Origin: Sediminibacterium sp.
GTDB lineage: Bacteria > Bacteroidota > Bacteroidia > Chitinophagales > Chitinophagaceae
Assembly (NCBI GenBank): GCA_044341525.1
Contig: JBIIRN010000001.1
Coordinates: 1 to 39,256, forward strand
DNA: 39,256 nt
Direction: 5' to 3'
Shown one piece after another: positions 1 through 8,455 of the stretch (within the stretch, counting starts at the first letter, position 1; every line of letters starts with the position of its first letter). The notes under the pieces are model-generated. The model was not told where the DNA came from, ran no database searches, and saw nothing but the letters and a program-made list of their open reading frames with translations. Position numbers and translations under genes: made by a program.

Positions 1-1138
1 AGATTTATATACGGAGAGCCGGGCAGCTGTGTCCGGGGGCGTTACTTCCTTTATCGATATGCCGAATACCCGTCCCAATGTGTTATCAATGGATATACTC
101 GAGGAAAAATATCGCCTGGCGGCGGAAAAATCACTGGCAAATTTTGGATTTTTTCTGGGGGTGAATGATGATAACATAGATGATGTTGTAAAGCTCGATA
201 CATCCGGCTTACTGGCAGTTTCAGATGACGGACTCTACTTCACAAAAAAGGGGAACCTGCTGGCAGATAACCCGGCCACACTGGAAAAATTGTTTGCCAA
301 TTGTAAATCCATCGTCGCCATTCATTCCGAAAAAGAACAACTGATTGAAGCCAATGAAGAATTGTACCGGGAGAAATTTGGTGACAATATTCCTGCCTGG
401 TGTCATCCGCTGATTCGGAGTGAACAGGCCTGCTATGAGGCAACGGAGCGGGCGATTCAACTGGCAGAGAAGCATGGAGCAAGACTGCATATCCTGCATT
501 TGACCACAGAAGCAGAGACCCATTTGTTTCGGAATGATATTCCTTTGAGCCAAAAGAAAATAACAACAGAAGTTTCCGTTCACCATCTTTGGTTTTCCGA
601 TAAAGATTATGACCGGCTGGGCATGCTCATCAAATGGAATCCTGCGATAAAAACGCAGAAGGACAAGGACGGGTTATTACAGGCCCTGATAGATGACCGC
701 ATTGATCTGGTGACTACCGACCATGCCCCCCACACCCTCGAAGAAAAACAACAGCCCTATTTTCAATCGATGTCAGGTGCGCCCATGGTACAACACTCTT
801 TGAATGTGATGCTGGAGTTCTACAAAGAAGGAAAAATCACACTGGAGAAGATTGTAGAGAAAATGTGTCACAATCCAGCTATTCTCTATCATATTGAAAA
901 AAGAGGCTTCATTCGCGAGGGGTATTATGCCGATCTGGTATTGGTAGATTTAAATTCGGAGTGGACGGTCAACAAGGAAAATATCTTGTATAAATGTAGC
1001 TGGTCACCGATGGAAGGAACTACCTTTCATGCACGTGTGACGCATACGCTGGTAAATGGACAGCTCGTTTACGAGGAAGGAAAATTTCACGAAGAATCGA
1101 AAGGAATGGCGTTGGTAGTGCAACAAGATTCAGTGTGA
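1..1138 (+). CDS. pyrC: Dihydroorotase / cyclic amidohydrolase, 5'-truncated by the window edge
   Basis: Frame is open from base 2 (DLYTESRAAVSGGVTSFIDMPNT). Contains the GGVTS..DMPNT, HILH, KWNPAIK and TTDHAPH motifs of DHOase. The N-terminal HxH lies outside the window. Confidence 0.85.
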   Translation, partial: DLYTESRAAVSGGVTSFIDMPNTRPNVLSMDILEEKYRLAAEKSLANFGFFLGVNDDNIDDVVKLDTSGLLAVSDDGLYFTKKGNLLADNPATLEKLFANCKSIVAIHSEKEQLIEANEELYREKFGDNIPAWCHPLIRSEQACYEATERAIQLAEKHGARLHILHLTTEAETHLFRNDIPLSQKKITTEVSVHHLWFSDKDYDRLGMLIKWNPAIKTQKDKDGLLQALIDDRIDLVTTDHAPHTLEEKQQPYFQSMSGAPMVQHSLNVMLEFYKEGKITLEKIVEKMCHNPAILYHIEKRGFIREGYYADLVLVDLNSEWTVNKENILYKCSWSPMEGTTFHARVTHTLVNGQLVYEEGKFHEESKGMALVVQQDSV

Positions 1139-1470
1139 GTGTGAGTGTGAGTTTGAGTGTGAGCGTCTGCGCCTATGGAGTATGCGGAGATTTACACTCC
1201 CACTCTACACACTCGCACTGCTCTTTGTGGCCTCGTGCTGACGATACCGACAATGTGCTAACAGAGCATTCATCGGTATCAGGAACCGTTAAACCAAGTT
1301 TGAGTGTGAGTTTGAGTGTGGTAGGCTTATACCCAACTCCTTATTTCTCACACGCACTCCCAAACTCACACTGGCTTTCTCACACTCACTCCCACTCTCA
1401 CGCTTTATTGTGTGGCCTCGTTCTGACGATGCGCCTCTGGCGGAGAACCTTGGATCCGTAGCTTCGAAAA
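1132..1470. repeat. Two ~185-bp composite units: (GAGTGT/GAGTTT)n ... (CACTC/ACACTC)n inverted microsatellite arms, then a degenerate tRNA-Arg 3' end carrying an inserted hairpin
   Basis: TGTGGCCTCGT[G/T]CTGACGAT occurs at 1226-1245 and 1411-1430. GAGTGT-type tracts at 1132-1163 and 1297-1320 face complementary CAC-rich tracts at 1194-1219 and 1347-1402. 1445-1470 resembles tRNA positions 1512-1536. Confidence 0.8.
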
Positions 1471-1491
1471 AAAAGCAGAAAAATTGTTAGA

Positions 1492-1566
1492 TGGTGGCCT
1501 CGCCAGGAATCGAACCTGGATCTGGAGCTTCGGAAACTCTTATACTATCCATTGTACTACGAGGCC
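1492..1566 (-). tRNA. tRNA-Arg (anticodon CCG), CCA encoded
   Basis: Reverse complement is GGCCTCG-TA-GTAC-AATGGATA-GTAT-A-AGAGT-TTCCGAA-GCTCC-AGAT-CCAGG-TTCGATT-CCTGG-CGAGGCC-ACCA, which folds as a 75-nt cloverleaf. Confidence 0.96.
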
Positions 1567-1572
1567 GGGCTG

Positions 1573-1580
1573 CAAAAGTA
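1573..1580 (-). promoter_or_regulatory. Bacteroidota housekeeping -7 promoter box (TACTTTTG) for the tRNA
   Basis: Exact TAnnTTTG match 6 nt upstream of the tRNA 5' end. Confidence 0.6.
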
Positions 1581-1597
1581 ACACTTCGCATTGAATT

Positions 1598-2755
1598 TTA
1601 AGCCCAAAGCTCGCGCAAGGCAGCAGGCAGAAAAACGCCTGTGGGAACACTCCACATAATGTGCAAATCCTCCGCTAAACCCGTTTGATTGTCCAAAAAA
1701 CGAAAGATTCGCTGCACATCATTCTTTTGAAATAAATCAGTAAAAATGCGATCGCCACCTAATCGCCCTGTTGATAAAATTTGCAATAACACACCATCAA
1801 ACAGCCGAAACTTTTTGTCCTTAATTGTATCCCGGTGGCAGGTTGTATCGCCCGTCTTGAGCGATGTCACAATAGCATCTGCCCGGCGCTGGATGAACTG
1901 AAATGCAAATCCGCTGCTGGCTTTCACCTGTCCACCTGCCAGACCAACATTCAGCACCGACCCATCACGCTTGGGAAACTTCAGATTGGTCATCGGTATC
2001 ACACCCCATTCTGTATGCAGGGTTTCATAGGACTTCCCCGTTATGTATCTGGAAATATACTCCTGCAAAGCAGTATCATAAGCTTCCTGCGGCAGCAGAT
2101 CAGCCGTGAACAATGTATATTCCACCAATGCCTGTCGCGAACTTACCGGCAAAACATAAACAAAAGCAGTACCTGCTTCCTGACTTACCCGAAAATCCAT
2201 AAAGGTTGCTATGGAAGGGTCAAAGCAATCCTCTTCTGTCTGAATTAACCATCCCTTAAAATGCTGCAATAAATGATGCGCACCAGCGGCTTTTGCCAGA
2301 TTGCGAGTGTCTTCCCAAACAATGCTATTGATAATTACCGGTGCTGTAACCTTCCTATCTGAAAGTTCAATCGCTGCACCGTCGGTTTCAGGAACAATAG
2401 CGGGAACCCGCTCCTTGAGCCAGGTTACACCGGGATGTTGCAACGCCTTTTCTTTTACAAAATCGTACAAATCGATTCCCCGAATCATCTTATACCGGTA
2501 CGGTGCCAGCTCTCTGTTGGTGGCATAGTCTGCCGAAAAAAAGTTCAGCCGGCTCCAGGCATGAGATACGATGGATTCAAAAACACCTGTTCCTTTTTCC
2601 CAAAAACACCAGGTACGGTCATTCGTGTTTTTTTCTGCGGCATCGAGCACCAATATTTTTTTCCCTTCAAAAAAGGGATCTTCAAACATGCGTACCAATA
2701 TACTCATGCCGGCACATCCAGCGCCGGAAATAATATAGTCGTACTTTTCTTCCAA
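1598..2755 (-). CDS. crtY: Lycopene beta-cyclase (CrtY/CrtL family)
   Basis: GAGCAG FAD-binding motif, NDRTWCFW, FMDFR, ALVEYT, GVIPM; last gene of the crt cluster. TTG start. Confidence 0.88.
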   Translation of the reverse strand: MEEKYDYIISGAGCAGMSILVRMFEDPFFEGKKILVLDAAEKNTNDRTWCFWEKGTGVFESIVSHAWSRLNFFSADYATNRELAPYRYKMIRGIDLYDFVKEKALQHPGVTWLKERVPAIVPETDGAAIELSDRKVTAPVIINSIVWEDTRNLAKAAGAHHLLQHFKGWLIQTEEDCFDPSIATFMDFRVSQEAGTAFVYVLPVSSRQALVEYTLFTADLLPQEAYDTALQEYISRYITGKSYETLHTEWGVIPMTNLKFPKRDGSVLNVGLAGGQVKASSGFAFQFIQRRADAIVTSLKTGDTTCHRDTIKDKKFRLFDGVLLQILSTGRLGGDRIFTDLFQKNDVQRIFRFLDNQTGLAEDLHIMWSVPTGVFLPAALRELWA

Positions 2756-2778
2756 TTGTCAGATTGAAGGGAGGAGAT

Positions 2779-3246
2779 TCAATTTTTCTGCAGCTTTTCG
2801 TCGTTACGAACTTTATCCCAATAACGACGGGCTACCCATAGCATGCCAAAACTTTCACCCTCCTCTTTTCCGAGGTGTTTGTGGTGCATCTTATGTGCCC
2901 ACCTGATCACTTTGATGTAGCGGTTATTACTGCGGGTAAAAAACTTGAAACGTTGATGAATGATGATCTCGTGCACCACAAAATAGGCAAAGCCATACAT
3001 GGCAATTCCGAATCCAATACCTACAGCCCAATAATTTTCCCTCATACTGCCTAACATGATGCATAACCAGCTGGGAATGGCAAAAATGAGAAAGAACGCA
3101 TCGTTTTTCTCGAAGAAACCCTCCTCCTTCTGGTGGTGGTCCTTATGCAGATACCAGAGAAATCCATGCATCACATAACGATGGGTGAGCCAGGTAATCG
3201 GCTCCATCAGTAAGAAAACAACAAAAGCGACCAATACGTAGATCAT
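2779..3246 (-). CDS. crtZ: Beta-carotene 3-hydroxylase (fatty acid hydroxylase family)
   Basis: His boxes HRYVMHG, LHKDHH, HEIIIHQRF, HKMHH, plus FEKND. The start at ATG 3246 (MIYVL) overlaps the upstream stop as ATGA; the ORF track start at 3381 is probably too long. Confidence 0.92.
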   Translation of the reverse strand: MIYVLVAFVVFLLMEPITWLTHRYVMHGFLWYLHKDHHQKEEGFFEKNDAFFLIFAIPSWLCIMLGSMRENYWAVGIGFGIAMYGFAYFVVHEIIIHQRFKFFTRSNNRYIKVIRWAHKMHHKHLGKEEGESFGMLWVARRYWDKVRNDEKLQKN

Positions 3247-3932
3247 GGCTGATAAAATATTCGAAGTGCAAAAAAGAAAAGGGACTGAATAATTAACAAA
3301 TGTACAGCGAATTGGTTGACCCGCTGAAATTTCAGTTGTCTGAAAACCAATAACAGCAGGCAACTGATGCCAAACCAGCACACATAATTATAAAAAGGAA
3401 TCTCACCATTTTCCCAACTCCAGTAACCCAGGCGAACTGCCACCGGCTCTAATAACCAGTCAAAAGCCGTTACCAATAGGGCAGCATCAACGACCAGCGA
3501 CCAGGCCAGCCATTTTTTGGCCAAAGCCGGTGCCCATTCAGCCGCACCAGCCAATTGTTGGTGCAATAACAACATGGTCTGTGCCCCCGACCAGACTACC
3601 AGGAACCAGTTTACTCCAATCAAAAAAGGTACCCCCTTCCAGCTCGGACCCAATACAGTACCATATTGATAGGTACCGAACAGCAAGGAGGTATTAACCC
3701 CAATCATTTCGGTGATAATTCCTACCAGTACACACAATAAAAGAAATCTAAAAAATGAGGAGGCAAGTTCCTCCTGTGTCCATATCACCAATGCCAGCAT
3801 CAATAAGAGGTTGTAGGGTGTCATACTCACAAACCATTCTGCCCGGTTCCCATACAGCATACCAATAGCTCCACTCAGGTGTACGACCACCGCAATCAAA
3901 CCGGCTATTTTAGTTTTTTGCTCGGTAGACAT
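3243..3932 (-). CDS. cruF: Carotenoid 1',2'-hydratase, CruF (DUF422) family membrane protein
   Basis: EMIGVNT..LFGTYQY, GVPFLIGVNW, FDWLLEPVAVRLGYWSW, PFYNY motifs; lies between crtD and crtZ. Confidence 0.85.
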   Translation of the reverse strand: MSTEQKTKIAGLIAVVVHLSGAIGMLYGNRAEWFVSMTPYNLLLMLALVIWTQEELASSFFRFLLLCVLVGIITEMIGVNTSLLFGTYQYGTVLGPSWKGVPFLIGVNWFLVVWSGAQTMLLLHQQLAGAAEWAPALAKKWLAWSLVVDAALLVTAFDWLLEPVAVRLGYWSWENGEIPFYNYVCWFGISCLLLLVFRQLKFQRVNQFAVHLLIIQSLFFFALRIFYQP

Positions 3933-3945
3933 TGACCATTAGAAT

Positions 3946-5472
3946 TTATTGACCCCTATTTCTTTTCGTTTGCCTTCGCTGAATCACTTTGGCCGTGATG
4001 GCTGCGCTGCTCAAACACAAAGGTATACCTCCTCCGGGATGTACGCTTCCCCCAACAAAGTAAAGATTTGATATCTGCTTACTGAAATTGGCATGTCGCA
4101 AAAAGGCGGCGAACTGGGAATTCGAGCTCGTTCCATACAGTGATCCCTGGTAGGAATCAGTGAGGGACTCAATACTTACCGGATCAGCCACCCGCTCAGT
4201 TCGAATGAGTGGCTCAATATCTGTTTTCAGTAAGCGACTTAATTTTTCGATAATTCTTGTCCTGGATTCTTCCCGGTACCTCTCCCAGTTTTGTCCGACA
4301 TTGGCAGGCACATTAATCATTACGAACCAGTTTTCCATTCCATCGGGTGCCTGGATGCCCGGTTCACACTTCGAAGTGATATTAATATAAACGGTTGGAT
4401 CCTCGTATAATGTTTTCAGTCGAAATAAGTGATTGAACTCTTTTTCATAGTTAGAAGAAAAAAAGATGTTGTGTAAGGTCAGTTGAGGAAAATGCTGACC
4501 AATGCCCCAATAAAAAATCATAGCACTACTACTGCGCTCTTGCCGCAAAATTCTTTCTGCAGCAGCGGGCTGTTGTAACAGGCGTAAATAAGTAAAGTAT
4601 ACATCCACGTTGCTGACGACTAACCCGGCAGGAAAGAATTGCTCATCCGCAACAATACCAGCTGCTTTGCCATTGACCATTTCAATACGGGAAACGGCAG
4701 AATTGAAATGAAAACGAACACCCTTTTTTTCCGCCAGCCGATGGAGTGCACGGGTAATGCTGATCATGCCTCCTTTTGGATAAAAGCTGCCCTCATTGTG
4801 TTCCAGGTGAGCTATCATACTGAGCATACCGGGTGCCTTGTAGGGATTGCTGCCATTATAGGTAGCATACCGGTCAAAAAGTTGGGTAGTCTTTTCATTT
4901 GAGAATGCCCGGGTATTCAGCTGGTGCATGGAACTGAATAAATGTTGCCAGCGGGTAGCGCGAATTGCCGAACTAACAGATGCTTCCCTAAAAACTGAAC
5001 CATCATGCAGGGAATGTTCCAGAAAAATATTACCTACGCGCTCGAATAGTCCCGCAGCCTTATTCAAATAATCAATTACCTGCTCTTCTTTTTCTCCGTG
5101 CTTTTCTGCCAACTCACGCGCCAGTTGATTTCGATCGGCATAAGCAATCAGGTGAGAACCATCTTCATAAAAATAATGACAGGAAACCGGCAGGCGAGCG
5201 TAAGAGAAATATTCTTCAATGGGCTCACCGGCGAGCACAAATAATTCTTCTATTAATTGGGGCCGGGTAAACAAACTCGGACCTGCGTCAAATTGAAATC
5301 CATCCTGCGCAAAATGATGAAGCTTACCGCCGGGGAATGAATTTTTCTCAAATACTTCTACCTGAAATCCCTGACAGGCCAGACGGATGGCGGTAGCGAG
5401 GCCGGCCACTCCCGCACCGATGACTATTGCGGTATTGTCTTTATCCGGGGGGGAAGTTAAATCCTGGTTCAT
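3946..5472 (-). CDS. crtD: 1-hydroxycarotenoid 3,4-desaturase
   Basis: GAGVAG, FDAGPSLFT, FDRYATYNGSNPY, GGSVHPGGGIPLCL. Second CrtI-family paralogue, adjacent to cruF. Start ATG 5472 overlaps the idi stop (ATGA). Confidence 0.87.
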   Translation of the reverse strand: MNQDLTSPPDKDNTAIVIGAGVAGLATAIRLACQGFQVEVFEKNSFPGGKLHHFAQDGFQFDAGPSLFTRPQLIEELFVLAGEPIEEYFSYARLPVSCHYFYEDGSHLIAYADRNQLARELAEKHGEKEEQVIDYLNKAAGLFERVGNIFLEHSLHDGSVFREASVSSAIRATRWQHLFSSMHQLNTRAFSNEKTTQLFDRYATYNGSNPYKAPGMLSMIAHLEHNEGSFYPKGGMISITRALHRLAEKKGVRFHFNSAVSRIEMVNGKAAGIVADEQFFPAGLVVSNVDVYFTYLRLLQQPAAAERILRQERSSSAMIFYWGIGQHFPQLTLHNIFFSSNYEKEFNHLFRLKTLYEDPTVYINITSKCEPGIQAPDGMENWFVMINVPANVGQNWERYREESRTRIIEKLSRLLKTDIEPLIRTERVADPVSIESLTDSYQGSLYGTSSNSQFAAFLRHANFSKQISNLYFVGGSVHPGGGIPLCLSSAAITAKVIQRRQTKRNRGQ

Positions 5473-5993
5473 GCTACTTGCTGCCAACTTAACCAATCCA
5501 TCATTTTGGGGAAAGCAATATGAAACCAAGGCGTGAATTGTGTGGGCTCTTCTTCCATCATACTTCGAATAGTGTTCACACTGAGGTATCGAACTGCAGC
5601 GACTTCTTTGGGATCAGGTTTGAGATCCCCTTCATATTCTCCAAAGAATACATGGTCAAATTCATATTCTGTGAGTCCATTAGAAAAAGGCGCTTTATAA
5701 ACAAAATCGAATACCTTTTTGAGTGGTGTGGTGAATCCCAGTTCCTCCTGAAGCCGACGCCCGGCTGCAGCTGCCGTCTCTTCTTCGGGACGGGGATGAC
5801 TACAACAAGTGTTGGTCCACAACCCCCCGCAATGGTATTTTTCTTCCGCACGTTGTTGTATGAGCATTTCTCCTTTGGAATTGAAAATAAAGATGCTGAA
5901 AGCCCGGTGTAGCATGGCTTTCTGATGGGCTTCCATCTTTTCCATGGTGCCCACCATTTCATCTTGTTCATTCACCAATATGAGGTGCTCCAT
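5469..5993 (-). CDS. idi: Isopentenyl-diphosphate delta-isomerase, type 1
   Basis: LHRAFS, WTNTCCSHP, RRLQEELG, EYEFDHV, FTPWF motifs. Confidence 0.96.
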   Translation of the reverse strand: MEHLILVNEQDEMVGTMEKMEAHQKAMLHRAFSIFIFNSKGEMLIQQRAEEKYHCGGLWTNTCCSHPRPEEETAAAAGRRLQEELGFTTPLKKVFDFVYKAPFSNGLTEYEFDHVFFGEYEGDLKPDPKEVAAVRYLSVNTIRSMMEEEPTQFTPWFHIAFPKMMDWLSWQQVA

Positions 5994-6006
5994 AACAGTG
6001 TAGGTG

Positions 6007-6843
6007 TTATAATAAGTTCAGTTGACTCCGGATACCTGCTTTGGCCAATATCAGCATTTTACCATGATCGGGGATACGGATTCGATATTGAAGCATATTC
6101 TGGGGGGGGACTTTCTTAATTTTCTTAAACAGCGAGAGGTAATATTTATAGGCTACATATACCCCAAATCGGGCTTTGGGAGGTAAAGCCAGGATTCCTT
6201 CATAGGCATGATCGAAATCTCGCTGAATATCTTCTTCTATTATTTCCTTGTCCCGTTGTGAAAAATTATTGAAATCACATCCCGGAAAATAAATACGTTC
6301 CATTCCTACATAATCGGCTTTAAGATCACGTAGGAAATTGACCTTTTGAAAAGCTGCTCCCAGACTACGGGCGTAGTTTTTCAAAGAATCATACTGTTCC
6401 CTGTTTCCGTCGCAGAAAATAAAGAGACACATCAAACCTACTACTTCGGCGCTGCCATAAATGTATTCTTCGTAACCTGCCCGATCATAACTCACCCGGT
6501 TCAGGTCCATTTCCATACTATGGAAAAAAGCTTCGATCAGGGCAGGATCAATGTGATAGCGATTAACCGTCAATTGAAAACTATGCAGAATGGGATTTAG
6601 ACTGATTCCTCTTTCGATGGCATCATAGGTTTGACGCTTGAAATCTGCCAGTAAAAAAGCTTTATCGTGCTGGTGAAAAGTATCCACTATTTCATCTGCC
6701 AGCCGTACAAATCCATAGATATTGAAGATGGGGGCACGCAAATCCTTATGCAATATTTTAATAGCGGAGGAGAAACTGGTACTATAAAGTTCAGTTGTCA
6801 GTTTACTGGCCGACTCGCTAAGTTGAACAAATAAGCGTTCCAT
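6007..6843 (-). CDS. crtB: Phytoene synthase
   Basis: YSTSFS, RLADEIVD, YGSAEVVGLMC, FQKVNFLRD. Confidence 0.95.
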   Translation of the reverse strand: MERLFVQLSESASKLTTELYSTSFSSAIKILHKDLRAPIFNIYGFVRLADEIVDTFHQHDKAFLLADFKRQTYDAIERGISLNPILHSFQLTVNRYHIDPALIEAFFHSMEMDLNRVSYDRAGYEEYIYGSAEVVGLMCLFIFCDGNREQYDSLKNYARSLGAAFQKVNFLRDLKADYVGMERIYFPGCDFNNFSQRDKEIIEEDIQRDFDHAYEGILALPPKARFGVYVAYKYYLSLFKKIKKVPPQNMLQYRIRIPDHGKMLILAKAGIRSQLNLL

Positions 6844-6940
6844 GCTGACAAAAATTAAACAAGTAATATAATCATTTTTCCTGTAATGAGCTGAAACAGT
6901 AACCCTATTTACGCTGTGAACCGTTCTATTCGCATGATCA

Positions 6941-8434
6941 TCAACTATATAGCTTATTGACTTCCTTAGCCACCACTTCCCCGCTGATCAGACTGGGGGG
7001 TACCCCTGGTCCGGGTACCGTTAACTGTCCGGTAAAGAATAAATTCTTCACTTTCTTACTCTTCAGGGATGGTTTTAAAACAGCTGTCTGCATCAAAGTG
7101 TTCGCTAAACCATATGCATTTCCTTTGAAGGAGTGGTAATCTGAAACAAAATCACGCGGCGCTACTGATTGCTTCACCACTATAGCATCTCGAATGGATT
7201 GGCCAAAGCGTTTCTCCAGCCGTTCCATCACCATCTGAAAATAATGTTCCCTGAGTTCCGGTGTATCATCGGTTAATCCGGCAGCGACTGGAATCAGAAT
7301 AAATAAATTCTCTCCGCCGGGGGGTGCGGTAGACGAGTCGGTAACAGAAGTAACATTGAGATAAAACAAAGGCTCCGATGGCCATTCTTTGCTGGTATAA
7401 ATTTCTTTCCCATGCACTTCGAATGAAGTATCAAAAAACAGGGAGTGATGGGGTACATTTCCCAACTTCTTATTCAGACCTACATAATACAAAAGGCAAC
7501 CGGGTGCCATCACCCTTTTTTCCCAATAATCAGGTGAATAGGAGCGATATGCTTCAGGTAACAGATCGGTTTCGATGTGGTGATAATCTGCTCCACCAAT
7601 AATTACATCAGCTGTATAACGGGTAGTGGAGGATTCACCGGGCTTGCCTCCGACATAAACTGCGGTGGCAACTCCCTGATGAACATCAATAGCAGTTACT
7701 TCTTGTCCGAAATTAAATTCAACTCCAAGTTCCAATGCCAGGTCATACATACCCTGTACTATTTGGTACATGCCTTTGGCGGGGAACCAGGTACCACCCT
7801 CCATATCGGCATAATTCATCAAACTATAGAGGGCAGGTGTTTTTTCAGGAAGTGCACCCAGAAATAGAACCGGAAATTCCATCAACTCCCGTAAACGAGG
7901 GTCTTTGAAAAACCTGGCTACATGGGTCTTCATCGATTGGAAAACATCTAGCCGGAAAAGACCTTTGACCAAATCAATATCCAGGAATTCAGTTAGAGAT
8001 TGTCCGGGTTTGTGTACCAATTTATGAATACCTACTTGGTATTTATAAGCGGCTTCCGATAAAAACTTACTAAGTTGTTCTCCGGCACCGGGTTCAATCG
8101 ATTCAAAAAAATTTTGCAACGCTTTCCGCCCTGCGGGAATATCCCAGTGCCCTTCCGGCCAGTAGACCCGGTAGGAAGGATCCAGGCGCTTCAACTCGTA
8201 ATAGTCGCTTACTTTCTTTCCGAATAAATGGAAATATCGGTCGAACACATCCGGCATCCAGTACCAACTCGGACCCCTGTCAAAAGTGAAGCCACCTGTT
8301 TCCAATTTACGGGCTCTTCCACCCGGTAAGGTGTGCTTTTCCAAAACAGTAACTTTCCAACCGGATTTCGCTAGGAAACTGGCAGCTGACAGTCCCGCAA
8401 AACCACTTCCAATGACGATGGCTTTTTTTTGCAA
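6941..8434 (-). CDS. crtI: Phytoene desaturase
   Basis: GSGFAG, GPSWYWMPD, GQLTVPGPGVPPSLISG (Bacteroidota CrtI type). TTG start. Confidence 0.93.
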   Translation of the reverse strand: MQKKAIVIGSGFAGLSAASFLAKSGWKVTVLEKHTLPGGRARKLETGGFTFDRGPSWYWMPDVFDRYFHLFGKKVSDYYELKRLDPSYRVYWPEGHWDIPAGRKALQNFFESIEPGAGEQLSKFLSEAAYKYQVGIHKLVHKPGQSLTEFLDIDLVKGLFRLDVFQSMKTHVARFFKDPRLRELMEFPVLFLGALPEKTPALYSLMNYADMEGGTWFPAKGMYQIVQGMYDLALELGVEFNFGQEVTAIDVHQGVATAVYVGGKPGESSTTRYTADVIIGGADYHHIETDLLPEAYRSYSPDYWEKRVMAPGCLLYYVGLNKKLGNVPHHSLFFDTSFEVHGKEIYTSKEWPSEPLFYLNVTSVTDSSTAPPGGENLFILIPVAAGLTDDTPELREHYFQMVMERLEKRFGQSIRDAIVVKQSVAPRDFVSDYHSFKGNAYGLANTLMQTAVLKPSLKSKKVKNLFFTGQLTVPGPGVPPSLISGEVVAKEVNKLYS

Positions 8435-8455
8435 GAGCGGGAATTGAAGGTGTGA

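Noticed and set aside
1135-1461. 108-aa ORF (SVSVS...HSHSH)
   Set aside because: By-product of stop-free hexamer microsatellites. The structure is better explained at the DNA/RNA level.
1411-1470. Second functional tRNA (would read anticodon TCG)
   Set aside because: No 5' half (acceptor 5' strand, D-arm), a disrupted T-arm and no CCA; it is a fragment only.
1226-1502. Repeated 20-mer with long spacers as a possible mini-CRISPR array
   Set aside because: Only two full copies, spacing of 185 and 82 bp, the repeat derives from the tRNA end, and no cas genes are nearby.
6102-6109. G8 tract in crtB (and G7 near the crtD start) as phase-variation switches
   Set aside because: The tracts are short, both frames are intact, and there is no evidence of length variation.
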